This document shows, one piece after another, positions 62,972 to 62,992 of a DNA stretch of 62,992 nucleotides. How positions within the stretch are numbered: position 1 is the stretch's first letter; every line of letters begins with the position of its first letter. Below the pieces are notes generated by a model, which was given only the letters and a program-made list of their open reading frames with translations, was not told where the DNA came from and ran no database searches. The stretch is from a virus (Duplodnaviria; Caudoviricetes), in the IMG/VR virus record IMGVR_UViG_3300017700_000894, positions 1 through 62,992 of that record. One strand, written 5' to 3'. Position numbers and translations under genes: made by a program.

Positions 62972-62992
62972 GGTCGTGGTCTTGCCGCAGTA
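62870..62992. repeat. Terminal direct repeat, right copy
   Basis: Identical to 1-123. Confidence 0.97.

Overview
This window looks like a complete, GC-rich (~62.9 kb) tailed-phage genome of siphovirus type, assembled as a circle: bases 1-123 are identical to 62870-62992. Almost all genes lie on the minus strand. The replication/recombination operon holds an SSB-like protein, a Rad50/SbcC-like ATPase, UvrD, an HTH initiator with internal iterons, a DnaC-like loader, a KhpA-like KH protein, a RecU-like resolvase, a ParB-like protein and two SF2 helicases, and it ends in terS-terL. The lysis region holds an amidase, membrane proteins/lipoproteins and FN3 proteins. The tail and head modules include a portal and a 1745-aa MuF fusion. 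Two clusters of small early-type genes interrupt the head module; one contains a C5 methyltransferase, a TGT/DpdA-like protein and an ASCH protein. I found no integrase, DNA polymerase, primase, reverse transcriptase, tRNA or CRISPR array. The most notable observations are: (1) a MuF protein carrying helical repeats, a HipA/PI3K-like kinase and an R-S-E ADP-ribosyltransferase-like domain, followed by a small gene with its own operator; (2) a dispersed bipartite DNA element ACASTGTYGG-N8-GGGGCAAATTTGCCCC, with 7 copies plus 1 partial, in both orientations and even inside genes; (3) a methyltransferase split over two overlapping reading frames; (4) a TGCGCA-N4-TGCGCA operator at early promoters; (5) an (ACCACG)n-ACC-ATG leader in place of Shine-Dalgarno sites; (6) strong GAG/CTC depletion. 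All product calls come from motif recognition by eye; no searches were run.
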